The notes under the pieces were generated by a model, which was not told the origin of the DNA, did no database searches, and saw only the letters and a program-made list of their open reading frames with translations. A DNA stretch of 64,000 nt from a bacterium (GTDB lineage: Bacteria > SAR324 > NAC60-12): positions 32,776 through 96,775 of the forward strand of contig CBDBHR010000017.1 in NCBI GenBank assembly GCA_965205865.1. Direction: 5' to 3'. The position numbers and the translations under genes are program-made. Numbering within the stretch: the first letter of the stretch is position 1; the number at the start of each line of letters is the position of its first letter. Positions 51,829 through 62,476 of the stretch are shown here, piece after piece.

Positions 51829-52120
51829 CCTTAGTTGAGCGATACATAAAAAAACTCTCAACCATAGAGATAATTTTTATATTTCAGTGTGTGACACTAA
51901 AATTATCACGAGATTTAACACAATCCGATAGGAAGAGAACTTTATTGGAAAAAGATACAACAATTCAGGATAAAAAAAAACAGATAATTGCTATTCAGCC
52001 ATGTGATGAACTCTTGACAGTCGTGCCGGTTCGGCTTGTTTACCCGTTATCTGCAAAGCATTCAACTGAAGCCGATCATCGAAAGGATGTTTGCTTGGAT
52101 GCGTAGCAACAAAAAAAGTA
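51829..52120 (+). mobile_element. Degenerate IS1380-family 5' remnant
   Basis: End CCTTAGTTGAGCGATAC; LEKDTTIQDKKKQII resembles the 44065 element. Confidence 0.8.
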
Positions 52121-52738
52121 TTAGGGGTTGGCACGCCTTTCGACGAGTGGCCTGAAGAGCTCAAGCAATACTTCAGTTATGACCCGGAAGGAGCGAAAAA
52201 GCTGCTGGCTGAGGCAGGATATCCCAATGGCTTTAAGACCCGTTTGGACTACGACGTGCGCGCCGATCAGAGCTACGCGGAACTCGCCGGCGCCTTATGG
52301 CGTGCGATTGGCGTGGAAGTCGAGATCCACACTTGCGACCGGACGCAATGCACTGTGCTATGGAAAGAGAATACTTCAGACGGAATGTTAGCCACTGCCA
52401 CGGCTATCACGTATTCGGCAATCAATACCATACAACGTTTCACAAGCGGGTTCATCTGGAACGGGGCCACAGTGAGCGACCCGGAATATGACGCGCTCTG
52501 GAAGGCCGCCAACACGGCTGCCAACGTCGAGGAACGAAATCGCTTGCTCAAAAAGGCGAATATGTACAACGTAGAACAGCACTGGAATATCATGGGTCCA
52601 GTGACCCCACGGTACAAACTCGCCCAGTCGTGGGTTATGGGTTTTAACAGCGAACTCAGATTAGGACTGGGCATTTACTCTACGGTCATGACCCGCGTCT
52701 GGATCGAACAGGTGCTGGAGAAAGAAATGGGTTTCTAA
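52121..52738 (+). pseudogene. C-terminal fragment of a family-5 ABC substrate-binding protein (DppA-like)
   Basis: YDPEGAKKLLAEAGYPNGF...DPEYDAL; no N-terminal part. Confidence 0.8.
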
Positions 52739-52853
52739 TACTGTCTCAATTATATTTTGTCGGGTGTGGTCTATCCCCGCGGATGCCTTGTTTCCTTTCT
52801 CTTGTTGCCAAGCTACTTTCAAGGTCTGCCTCTGGCAGATCTTATCTATCAGG

Positions 52854-54903
52854 CTACACCATGCTCAAAAGGTGAGTACCCGCTTCCACGAGTTGATCCT
52901 TCCGGACAAAGATTTGCTGAATGAACCCCGACTCTCTTGCAGAAATGCTGGTTTCCATTTTCATGGATTCCAGCATGATGAGTGGTTCTCCTGCCATCAC
53001 TTTTTGTCCGGGAGCAACAAGAATGGCAACAATCCGCGCCGGCAATTTTGTTTGGTATGGATTTATTTCCTGGAAAACTGGCCGGAGAAGAGATTCGGTC
53101 TGTCGGGTGATGCAATGACAACCGAGAGAGCCCGAATAAATATGCAGTTTTTCTTCCACCTCTGCCAAATGAAAGGTCTGCAAGACGTCTTCAATTCGGA
53201 TTTTAAGAGAACCCGTGGCGGTGTCTTTACTGGCATCCGGACAAGGTCTGACGGTCGCCTGGATGACTTGCCCTGCAATTTGCAACTCAAATTCCAGGTT
53301 TCCCCGCATATAGTAAGAAATTTCATACAATTGATTACATACCCTTAATTTTTCAGTATGAAGCACATGGAAGCCACCCTGCCAGTTTTTTATGGCCTCC
53401 GCTGGTCTACCGAAGTCCGATTTTTTTAAGTGAAACCAGATAACACTTGCCGTGAGAAGCGTTTGGATCAGCTTCTCTTCAGGCTCCGGTTTTACTTGAG
53501 CAATCGGTTCGGCAAAGCAATGCTGGAGCGATGAAAAATGTTGCTCTACAAAATTCGTATCAATGCGTCCCTCTACAAATGCAGGCAACTGCAAGACTTG
53601 CCGCAAAAATCCATGATTGGTGGTAATACCGAGGGCATAGGTCTCCCGCAAGGCATAATGCATGAGGCGTAAAGCTTCTCCACGGGACGCTCCCCAGGTC
53701 ATGATCTTGGCTAAGAGAGGATCATAAAAGATGGGGATCTTACTGTTGGTTTGGACACCTGAGTCAATGCGAATGTTGGGTCCCCGCGCCGCTTGCCATT
53801 GGAGGAGCTGACCGGTGATGGGGTGAAAATCACTTTGGGGATCTTCCGCATACAAGCGACATTCGATGGCATACCCTTGGGGTTTGATTTCATGCTGTTG
53901 TAGTGTTAGAGGTGCGCCTTCGGCAATTTGAATTTGCAAAGATACCAAGTCCAAGCCGGTCACCATTTCTGTGATGCCGTGCTCTACTTGCAGGCGTGTG
54001 TTCATTTCCAAGAAGTAAAAGGGCACCTCTTCTGGCTCTTGATTTGAGGAATGGTTCACGATGAATTCAACGGTACCGACTCCGCTGTAGTGGATGGCTT
54101 TGGCAATCGAAAGCGCAGCCTTGCCATCTTTTCCCGCAGCTCCAGTGTGAGGAAAGGAGATGGAGTTTCTTCGATTAATTTCTGACGACGGCGTTGAATC
54201 GAGCATTCTCGTTCTCCGCAATGAATCACGTGTCCGTGCAGGTCTCCCATCACCTGGAATTCAATGTGACTCACAGGGGTCATGTATTTTTCCAAATACA
54301 AACGATCGTCGCCAAATGCGTTGTGCGCTTCCTGTCTGGCACTGCTCACTGCTTTCCTCAATTGGTTCGGCTCTCTGACGACCCGCATGCCGATCCCCCC
54401 ACCCCCGGCAGAAGCTTTGAGTAGGATGGGGTACCCATTTGTCTGGCTGCCTGACTGAAAGCTGTTGTGGGATCCTCGGAATCCACATTCTCGTCATATC
54501 CGGGAACCACCGGGATGCGCAAAGAAGCCACCAATTGACGCGCTTCGATTTTCGAGGCCATCTGTGACATGCTTTGCGGAGAAGGACCTATAAATATCAG
54601 CCCTGCTTCCACACATCGGGATGCAAAATTCATGTTTTCTGAGAGAAATCCATAACCGGGATGGATGGCATCGGCACCAGTTTTCAAAGCTGCACCGATT
54701 TGTTTTTCCTGATTGAGATACGAGTCCCTGCTCAGTGAAGCCTCCAGAGCCACCGCTTCATCTGCTTGCCGGACAAAGAGGCCGTCCTGATCGGCATCTG
54801 AGAAAACTGCCACCGTTGCGATTCCCATCAGGTTGCAGGTTTTGATAATCCGCAAGGCAATCTCACCACGGTTGGCAATCAATATTTTCCGGATGGGGAC
54901 CAT
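52854..54903 (-). pseudogene. Acyl-CoA carboxylase alpha subunit (biotin carboxylase plus carrier domain) with two frameshifts
   Basis: [38 protein letters not shown] and ESMKME spread over three frames. Confidence 0.88.
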
Positions 54904-55034
54904 GACACCCGAACTCCTCACTCGACTCTTTACAAATTCACATCAAGTTCATATTTTCCAAACAACAGATGGATCTCGATTTACCGGAGTGGGCGCCGCG
55001 ATCTCATGTGGATCAGTCAAGTGTATTCTCTCAC

Positions 55035-55937
55035 TTATTCTTCCAATTCAATCCGTTCGGAATGGGAGTAGATGGTACAAGCTTTACCTCGCACAAAACC
55101 GATGATGGTCATTTGCATTTCTCTTGCCAGCAATACTGCCTGATGCGTTGCCGCTGCCCTCGAGACTACAATAGCGATCCCACATCGTCTGGCTTTGAGG
55201 AGGATTTCGGAAGAAATACGGCCTGAGCACACCAGAAGCATTTGAGAAAAATCCAAGTTTTCCATCAAGGCTTTACCAATGACTTTATCCACTGCATTGT
55301 GCCGGCCCACATCATCAATGACGATGCGGGGAAGGTTTCCTTTTTCGCTCAATGCAACCGTGTGGACGCAACCGGTTGCTTGGAATAACTCGGAGCTGCC
55401 TTGGAGCCACTTGACCAATTTGAAAATGTCCTCTTTTTTCACTTTGAAATCGTTACGCAAAGGCTGTCGCGACGCAAGAGCGACCGCATTGGAATACATC
55501 ACTCCTTTGCCGCAACCTGAAGTATAGACTCGCTTGCCCGCTATTTCCAGGTCCGGATCTTTATGTATAGTGAGACTGGCATTCCAACGGGTTTTGGAAC
55601 AGCTATATGCAAGGACGTGCCTGGCAGAATTGATGAATCCGGACGTAAAAAGAAATCCATAAGCATATTCCCGCAAATGAGACGGCATGCACATCATGGT
55701 AGCCACTTCAATATTGTTGGCCTCGATCGTCAAAGGGACTTCAGTGGCAACCGGATTGGGGCCTGTCCGGATTGCGCCATTTTTAATTTTCATGACTTCA
55801 ATTTCGACAAAGGGTCCCAATTCTTCCAAATCTTCTTCTTCTTGCCTGTCTGAACTCGCATTTAAAGCATCCGGATGAGCCTCCTCTTCTATGGCGCTTG
55901 CTTTTTCCACTTTCTCATCCATTATTCCTCTTGTCAT
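55035..55937 (-). CDS. fdhD: Formate dehydrogenase accessory sulfurtransferase
   Basis: TSGCG, TGCVH, DVGRHNAVDKVIG and SGRISSEI motifs. Confidence 0.93.
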   Translation of the reverse strand: MTRGIMDEKVEKASAIEEEAHPDALNASSDRQEEEDLEELGPFVEIEVMKIKNGAIRTGPNPVATEVPLTIEANNIEVATMMCMPSHLREYAYGFLFTSGFINSARHVLAYSCSKTRWNASLTIHKDPDLEIAGKRVYTSGCGKGVMYSNAVALASRQPLRNDFKVKKEDIFKLVKWLQGSSELFQATGCVHTVALSEKGNLPRIVIDDVGRHNAVDKVIGKALMENLDFSQMLLVCSGRISSEILLKARRCGIAIVVSRAAATHQAVLLAREMQMTIIGFVRGKACTIYSHSERIELEE

Positions 55938-56179
55938 TCAAAGCAGTCCAACATGCAACTGCGAATTTTTACGCCTTCCTCGCTGCAAATGCGACTGACC
56001 CTTTTCGGACTGACATGCATTTCGGCAGCAATCCTCAAGGCCACTGAACAGGCGATTCTTTTCTTTCCCCGGATCAGTTTGGCGTTGTCATGAATTAGCT
56101 GTTTCAGTTCTTCACCTGTTGCTTTTTTTTTCTGTTTTGCAGGCAGTTTCATCAACAAGGAAGTCAGCTGTTCGTTCAT
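55934..56179 (-). CDS. Small conserved Cys-containing hypothetical protein
   Basis: GGAGG RBS; IACSVALRIA...GVKIRSCMLDCFE; in the operon with fdhD. Confidence 0.7.
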   Translation of the reverse strand: MNEQLTSLLMKLPAKQKKKATGEELKQLIHDNAKLIRGKKRIACSVALRIAAEMHVSPKRVSRICSEEGVKIRSCMLDCFE

Positions 56180-56292
56180 CCTACCTCCAGAATCTATTGG
56201 GGCAACGCATCGTTTGAGAGATTCCCTGAAAAATCAGTTACATTGCTGTTATTATCAAAATTGATAGCAAAAAGCTACTGTGATTTCCATCG

Positions 56293-58203
56293 TTATCGGA
56301 TCAATCCCATTTTTGCCAGGGCCTCTTTTGTGGAAGGACGAGCGAGGATTTCCAGAAAGGATTGAACGGCAGATTTGCGCAGGTGGACTTTGGGAATGAT
56401 AAAATCGTATTCTTCATCCTGCATTGGAAAGAATCCCAAGCCGAGTTTTTGGGCCACTGTATGAATTGCCATACCCCAATCTGCCCGACCTTGGGCAATG
56501 GAGGCAGCGACAGCATTGTGTGATTTGGCTTCTGAGAAAAAACCGGCAGGACGGTGATTTTCCAAGAGCTGATCAATGAGGACGCGGGTTCCACTCCCGC
56601 GATTTCGGTTGATGAGGCGGATATCGGGGTGGTTCAAAATTTCTTTCAGGGTCCTCTCAAAAACCTCTCTCAAGCGGGAAAAACGACAATCATCCAGGCG
56701 ATATAAAATCCCTTGTTTGCGTTTGTATCCCTTGATCAATTGTTGGTTTTCATCCAACAGATGCTTATTGTAAAGTCCTGTATTTTCATCCATCAGATGG
56801 GAACCTGCAATGTCACATTCTCCTCGTCGGGCTGCCATGATGCCGCCTTGACTGCCCACGGATATAAATTTGCAGTGGATTTGTTGCTGCGTCAATACTC
56901 CCACCAGAAAATCCAGACCAATACAGTGACTGCCGATTATCATCAAATCTGCCGGCTTCACATGGGGCCCCAGTACCTGGATCTGCACTTGAGTTCCTGC
57001 ATCAAGTATCTCTGTTTCACGGGGTATTTCGATAAAGCCATCCGCTTTGGCAAACGCGGTCACCGAACCTGAGCCTTTACCTATCGAATAAGCGCTGTAC
57101 CCTTCGCGGGATTGGACCAGGTTGATCATATCGAATTCGGTTCTTCCTTTTTGCGAATTGAATTTCAATGGAATCGTAGCCTGCACACTTACTTTTTGGT
57201 TTTCCGCTTTTCCGGCCATCACTTGCAAAACAGGCGCAATGAATTTGGAAAAAGTAAAAATCGCAGACGTGGGAAATCCCGGCAATATCGCCAGTGGGGT
57301 TCCGTTGACAGAAGCCAGACACAAGGGTTTCCCAGGTTTCAGGGCTACTCCGTGAACGAGAATTCCGGGATTGCCGATCTGTTCAATCACGTCATAGTTG
57401 AGATCGCCCTCCCCTTTCGACGTGCCTCCGGACATTAAGATAAAATCCAATTCCAGGGCGTTGCGTAGCGTTTTTTCCAACTTTTTTTTGTCATCAGGAA
57501 CAATCCCGAAATGGACTGGCTGACAGCCTATTTCCCGGAGGGAATCCGCGAGCACCACCGCATTGGAGTCATAGACTTTTCCAACCTCCATGGGGGCACC
57601 GGGAGCAATGATTTCATCGCCTGTGGAAATAATGCCAACTTTCGGCTTTTTGCAAACCCAAACTTGGGATTCTCCAATTGCTGCCAAAACTCCGGTTTCG
57701 CGGGAAGTCAGTTTTTCTCCCTTACGTAAGACGGTTTCATCGGCACCGATATCTGAGCCTGTAAATAAAACTCCTTCTCCCGGAATAATGGGCTTGAGTA
57801 TGAGAATCGTGTTTTCTTCCGCCAGAGTTTTTTCAACCATAATCACTCCATTTGCGCCCCGAGGCAAGACTCCCCCCGTGGCGATTGCAGTGGCAGTTCC
57901 CGAGTGCACCTCTATTTGAGGACGGACTCCGCTGGCGAGGATTTCCGGATTGAGTTTCAATTGGAGGGGAGCGGTTTCTTCTGCGCCAAAAGTATCCTCC
58001 GCCTGCACGGCAAATCCATCGAAACTGCTGCGATCAAAAAATGGAATGTTCAAGGTGGAGACGACATCTCGGGAAAGAATGCGGCATAAGGCGTCTTGCG
58101 CAGCAATTTGTTCTTCTCCAATTGGTGCAGGTTGGATCGCTCGCCAAAATCGCGTCTCCGCCTCTTCCGCCGTGGCCAGTTTTAAAAATTGATATTGTTT
58201 CAT
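56293..58203 (-). CDS. MoeA fused to a PBP/LysR-type substrate-binding domain
   Basis: FDRSSFDGFAV, STGDE, SGGTSKG and KPGKP, followed by GSH, SVGSQGG, NRNRGSGTR and EEYDF. Confidence 0.92.
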   Translation of the reverse strand: MKQYQFLKLATAEEAETRFWRAIQPAPIGEEQIAAQDALCRILSRDVVSTLNIPFFDRSSFDGFAVQAEDTFGAEETAPLQLKLNPEILASGVRPQIEVHSGTATAIATGGVLPRGANGVIMVEKTLAEENTILILKPIIPGEGVLFTGSDIGADETVLRKGEKLTSRETGVLAAIGESQVWVCKKPKVGIISTGDEIIAPGAPMEVGKVYDSNAVVLADSLREIGCQPVHFGIVPDDKKKLEKTLRNALELDFILMSGGTSKGEGDLNYDVIEQIGNPGILVHGVALKPGKPLCLASVNGTPLAILPGFPTSAIFTFSKFIAPVLQVMAGKAENQKVSVQATIPLKFNSQKGRTEFDMINLVQSREGYSAYSIGKGSGSVTAFAKADGFIEIPRETEILDAGTQVQIQVLGPHVKPADLMIIGSHCIGLDFLVGVLTQQQIHCKFISVGSQGGIMAARRGECDIAGSHLMDENTGLYNKHLLDENQQLIKGYKRKQGILYRLDDCRFSRLREVFERTLKEILNHPDIRLINRNRGSGTRVLIDQLLENHRPAGFFSEAKSHNAVAASIAQGRADWGMAIHTVAQKLGLGFFPMQDEEYDFIIPKVHLRKSAVQSFLEILARPSTKEALAKMGLIR

Positions 58204-58282
58204 GGGGCTCCGTCTTCTATGCGCAATCGATCCTCAGTTCTTTTCCTTTCCGGTCCGGTGTGGAAGAGGAGTTTGAGACGTT

Positions 58283-59554
58283 TTAGGAATCATAGAGCCA
58301 TACTTCCACGAGTTCTCCCTCTGCATACCCTTCAGATGCTTCGGGAACCACCAGAAATCCATCGGCTTTTGTTGTGGAAGAGAGAATAGCAGCCCCACTG
58401 GTTGCAATCAAGGTGGCACGTTTTTCCCGGATCCGAATCCGCACATAGTCCACTCTTCCCGCTTGGGAAGCTACATTTGTTGCCAAGGGAAGCGTTGCTT
58501 TTCGATAGGGCCATTGGAGATGTCTTCCTGCCAGGATACGAATGGCCCGTGCAACAAAAAAATCATAGGCAGAGAGACAGGAAACCGGGTTCCCCGGTAA
58601 CAAAAAAACCAATTGTTCTGCAAGTTTCCCCAATCCCGTAGGGGAGGCCGGACGCATGGAAATACCATGTGCCAGCAATTCGCCCAACTCCTCGATGAGA
58701 GTTGGGGCAAGATCTTCAACACCGATTGCTGTGCCGCCAGACAAACAAATTATATCCGCCTGCGAACGGAGGAGTGCTTCTTGGATGGTGTCACGAATAT
58801 CCGGCAAATGCTCAATCGAGACCACCTTTCCTCCATCACGTTCTATGCAGTGCCGGAGCATGACCGAATTGGAATCGACAATTTGAACGCCTTCAGGCTT
58901 TTCTCCCGGTTTGAGGAGTTCATCTCCCGTAATCAATAACAGCAGCTTCGGTTTTTGAATGACAGGGATTTCATTCATTCCCACAGAAGCCAGCACAGCA
59001 GCATCTTGAGGTCGAATTTTTCTTCCCTTGCACAATAAGATTTCTCCTTGTTGAATGTCTTCTCCGACGAAACCGACATTTTTGCCAGGCGCAACGCCTT
59101 GCAAGGCCTGCATTTGCCCTTCATTTTGTTCTGTGTATTCTGCCATCAGAACGGCATCTGTGCCTGGAGGCAAAGGTGCTCCGGTCATGATTCGAAGGGC
59201 TTCTCCTTTGTGGATTTCTTTATCAAATGCGTGACCTGGGGTGACTTGTCCGACGACTTTGAATGGAATAGGATTGTAGCTTCCCGCTCCAAAGGTGTCT
59301 TCTCCTTTCACGGCATACCCGTCCATTGCGGAACGGTTGAAATCAGGAACATTGATTGGCGCATAAATCGTTTCTGCCAAAACCCTGTCATAACATTCGG
59401 CGAGGGGGATCTGTTCTGCAGGGTTGATGCAACTGTGCTGATCGATCAAAGCTGTCAGCGCTTCCACAGAAATTCTTTTTTGGAAGCCCTTCATACGTAT
59501 ATCTATCTTCTCAGACATTTTGGTTGACTCTGGAATGATCCTTTTTTCCCGCAT
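58283..59554 (-). CDS. moeA: Molybdopterin molybdotransferase
   Basis: RSAMDGYAV, IMTGAPLP, TGDEL and LPGNPVS motifs; the start may be 59518. Confidence 0.93.
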   Translation of the reverse strand: MREKRIIPESTKMSEKIDIRMKGFQKRISVEALTALIDQHSCINPAEQIPLAECYDRVLAETIYAPINVPDFNRSAMDGYAVKGEDTFGAGSYNPIPFKVVGQVTPGHAFDKEIHKGEALRIMTGAPLPPGTDAVLMAEYTEQNEGQMQALQGVAPGKNVGFVGEDIQQGEILLCKGRKIRPQDAAVLASVGMNEIPVIQKPKLLLLITGDELLKPGEKPEGVQIVDSNSVMLRHCIERDGGKVVSIEHLPDIRDTIQEALLRSQADIICLSGGTAIGVEDLAPTLIEELGELLAHGISMRPASPTGLGKLAEQLVFLLPGNPVSCLSAYDFFVARAIRILAGRHLQWPYRKATLPLATNVASQAGRVDYVRIRIREKRATLIATSGAAILSSTTKADGFLVVPEASEGYAEGELVEVWLYDS

Positions 59555-60680
59555 TGAGGAGCCGAAGGGTACATTGTCGTTCTGCCATGGAATTCACGTT
59601 GTGTAAATGGGCTTCCAAATTTGCGGGAATGCGCAACTGGTGGATAGACAATTGCTGAAATATTTGTTGGAAAGAGTACTTCCCATCAAGCAGGGAACGC
59701 TTCAATTGCAATCCCATGTGTGGTTCATAAATGGCCATTAAAGGTTCAAATCGTTTTTTTTTATTGAAAAAGACCGTTCCGACCTTCAAAGGATTTCGGT
59801 TTTGGATCAAATATGCGATCGTTTCGTTTTGCAAATCCACCAAATCACATGCAATGACAAGCCATGCGGCATTTGGATCGATTTCAAACAAAGTCAAGAT
59901 CCCTCCTAAGGGGCCAAAATTGAGAAAACGATCTCGGAGGATGGTCTCCGAGGCGATTGATTGGGGAGGAGCGCTCAGAGGCGTTCCTGAATAGAAGACT
60001 TTCTCGATTGTCGTAGTTTGTGTCAGCAAGTCAAATAGATGAACCGCATGGGGTCCCTTGCCATAATCCAACCAGGCTTTGTCCTCTCCCATGCGGGTGG
60101 ATTTGCCACCAATCATGACAGCACCATTGAGAGGAAAAAGCTGCTGATAATACTGCTTCATCTGCGTCAACAGATGCTCGCTGACGGACTCGACGTTGTC
60201 TCTTTGGAAGGCCAGGGGTTGCCTGAGATTCTGGTTGATTTCTGTTGCTTGAGATTGATCCGGTGTCAGATAGGCCCAAATGGGTGCCCGGTGTGGAGAA
60301 GGATTATTCCATCCCAACTCGTCCGGAACCTCTTTTTCCGGATGCACGCATATCACTTTTGGATGGTTACTTTTTTTGAAACCCTCTAAGAGGAGAACAT
60401 CTGTTTGAGCATGGCTGCACAGTGCCATCTCATCAAGCGGACCGTGTTGGTGCATGGCCCATTTTTCATCAGTGCATACTACAGAAAAAGAGGCGCCTGC
60501 AGCCAGTTGGCGCGTGCTGTCTTTTCCCGGCGTATCGAGCATATATTTTCCACCGGCATGCTTAATGTAGCCAGGACAGTAGCCGCTCCGTTTCAAAACA
60601 TGAATGAATTTTTCAATAAATGACGTCTTTCCGGAACCTGAAAACCCGGTCACGGCAAGCGTCGGAACAGGAGGAGACAT
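59511..60680 (-). CDS. MobB-MobA fusion protein
   Basis: N-terminal GFSGSGKT, DTPGKDS and LLEGFK; C-terminal GGKSTRMGEDKA, GPLGGI, ACDL and NVNS. Confidence 0.9.
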   Translation of the reverse strand: MSPPVPTLAVTGFSGSGKTSFIEKFIHVLKRSGYCPGYIKHAGGKYMLDTPGKDSTRQLAAGASFSVVCTDEKWAMHQHGPLDEMALCSHAQTDVLLLEGFKKSNHPKVICVHPEKEVPDELGWNNPSPHRAPIWAYLTPDQSQATEINQNLRQPLAFQRDNVESVSEHLLTQMKQYYQQLFPLNGAVMIGGKSTRMGEDKAWLDYGKGPHAVHLFDLLTQTTTIEKVFYSGTPLSAPPQSIASETILRDRFLNFGPLGGILTLFEIDPNAAWLVIACDLVDLQNETIAYLIQNRNPLKVGTVFFNKKKRFEPLMAIYEPHMGLQLKRSLLDGKYSFQQIFQQLSIHQLRIPANLEAHLHNVNSMAERQCTLRLLNAGKKDHSRVNQNV

Positions 60681-61000
60681 TGAAAATCACTTTGATTGCT
60701 TATGCCGTCATAAAGGACGCATTTCCGGAAAATCCTCTGCAGTATGAGATTGCGGAAGGAACGACAGCTGAACAACTCGTCTCATTACTAGCCATGGATT
60801 TTCCGGCAGTGGCGGACATACTTCCTTATACCCGAGTGGGGCATCAGGATGACTATGTCGATAAAAAGGCGAAATTGAAAGCCGATAGTGAATATTTTCT
60901 CATTCCTCCCGTCAGTGGAGGAGGATCGGATTTAAATTTCCAGGAGGCGTTATCGGAGTCTACCCGCCAATCGACGACATCATCAGAGAAGATCCGGTGA
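60680..61000 (+). CDS. moaD: MoaD/ThiS sulfur carrier with a C-terminal extension
   Basis: GAGGAG RBS and TTG 60680; KITLIAYAVIKD...EGTTAEQL...FLIPPVSGG followed by 25 extra residues. Confidence 0.8.
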   Translation: MKITLIAYAVIKDAFPENPLQYEIAEGTTAEQLVSLLAMDFPAVADILPYTRVGHQDDYVDKKAKLKADSEYFLIPPVSGGGSDLNFQEALSESTRQSTTSSEKIR

Positions 61001-61925
61001 AGGTGGACGCTCGTTTTTGCTCCATTGCCCGGGTGAAGATGGCTTTGAGCTTTTCTTCCACATTCTCCTCTTCCAACAAATACCGAATGGGGAATTCCTG
61101 AGGATTGCTCAAGCATCCCACTAAATTTCCGGTCGCCGTCAAGCGCATGCGGGAACAGGTTGCGCAAAAAGGAGCGCTTTCATTGGCAATGATCCCAAAT
61201 GCGCCTTCCGGTGTTTGAAAGCGCAGCGCCGTCGAATCCTTCTCGGCACCACATTGTTGAAAAGCAAATCGTTCTCCGATACGCTCGAGCATTTCTTGCA
61301 TTGAAACAAATTGGTCCGGTTTTTTCGGAGTCTTGTTTCCATTTTTGTAAAGCGGTCCCATTTTCATCAACTCGAGAAAACGGACCTCAATACCTCGGGG
61401 AAAGGCATAGGCCAAAATTTCATTGAGTTCATGGTCATTCTCTCCACCCATCACAACGGTGTTGATTTTTAATTTCAGACCAGCGTCCAGGGCGCTTTCA
61501 ATACCATCCAACACTTTCTGCAAGGTGCCGGCCCGGGCCAGTCGACGAAAATTTTCAGGGTCGACCGAATCCAGACTGATGTTGGCACTTTGCAGGCCTG
61601 CTTTCTTCAGTATAAGCGCTCGTTTCGGAAAAAAATGGCCATTGCTGGTGATACCGATGTTGGAAATCCCCAAGGCGACTATTCCTTGGATCAACTCCGG
61701 AAGTTTTCGATAGAGGAGTGGTTCACCTCCTGTAATGCGAATTTTCTCGATGCCTGCAACGGTTTTGAGAAATCCGATCAGGGTGAGCATTTCTGCAGTG
61801 GTTAACGGGCGTCGGGAGACCTGATGCCCTCCCACTTCTTCCACACAATAAATACAGGAAAAATTGCAGGCTTCGCCAACGGAAACACGTAATTTGTTGA
61901 TATTTCTACCGTAACGGTCAATCAT
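60960..61925 (-). CDS. moaA: GTP 3',8-cyclase
   Basis: MIDRYGR, CNFSCIYC, RITGGEP, FCATCSRMRL..CL and terminal MSSIGG. Confidence 0.95.
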   Translation of the reverse strand: MIDRYGRNINKLRVSVGEACNFSCIYCVEEVGGHQVSRRPLTTAEMLTLIGFLKTVAGIEKIRITGGEPLLYRKLPELIQGIVALGISNIGITSNGHFFPKRALILKKAGLQSANISLDSVDPENFRRLARAGTLQKVLDGIESALDAGLKLKINTVVMGGENDHELNEILAYAFPRGIEVRFLELMKMGPLYKNGNKTPKKPDQFVSMQEMLERIGERFAFQQCGAEKDSTALRFQTPEGAFGIIANESAPFCATCSRMRLTATGNLVGCLSNPQEFPIRYLLEEENVEEKLKAIFTRAMEQKRASTFTGSSLMMSSIGG

Positions 61926-61931
61926 GAGACG

Positions 61932-62026
61932 TCTCCTTTCCAAACACGGGAGGCCTGCAGGTTTTCCTCCAAACCCTATCGTTCATCCAACCCTGGCCTG
62001 TGCTGTAGGTTATGACGAATCGGAGA
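61932..62026 (-). promoter_or_regulatory. Moco-family riboswitch, apparently the P3-less (tungsten-cofactor-type) variant
   Basis: Minus strand TCTCCGA...ACCT...AGGG...TAGGG...GGAAAAC...GCCTCCCGTGTTTGGAAAGGAGA ends 7 nt before the moaA ATG; P1 TCTCC/GGAGA includes the RBS. Confidence 0.88.
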
Positions 62027-62476
62027 TCAGTTGAGGATAATAAAGGTGTTTTTTATGATGCCGTTATATTAGTACGATTCGGCAGGTAAAACAAGAAGAA
62101 AGCTCCCTTTGTTTCATCCGAAGAAGAATATGCTTTTCCGGTGCTCACTATTTTATTTGACTGTTTGATATAAAAATAATATAAATATAGCTTTATTTTC
62201 AAAATCATTATTTTACGAAGACCGTTCAGTAAGGTGCATTGATGCGATGACGTCCTGATGGTCTTCGTATATTTGATGGACACGGAGCAAGTTCAAGTCC
62301 ATTATTTTTTGATGCATATTTGATCTATAGACTTTCAGAAAAAATTGGTGTAGTGGTCGTCTCGGCGCCTACAATGGGTGGGACGCCCACGCTACTGCGC
62401 AAAATAAAATTCCGAAGTCCTGTGGATTAGCATTAATCCTATAACCTGACAGACGTCATCTGAAAGGGAATAAAAA

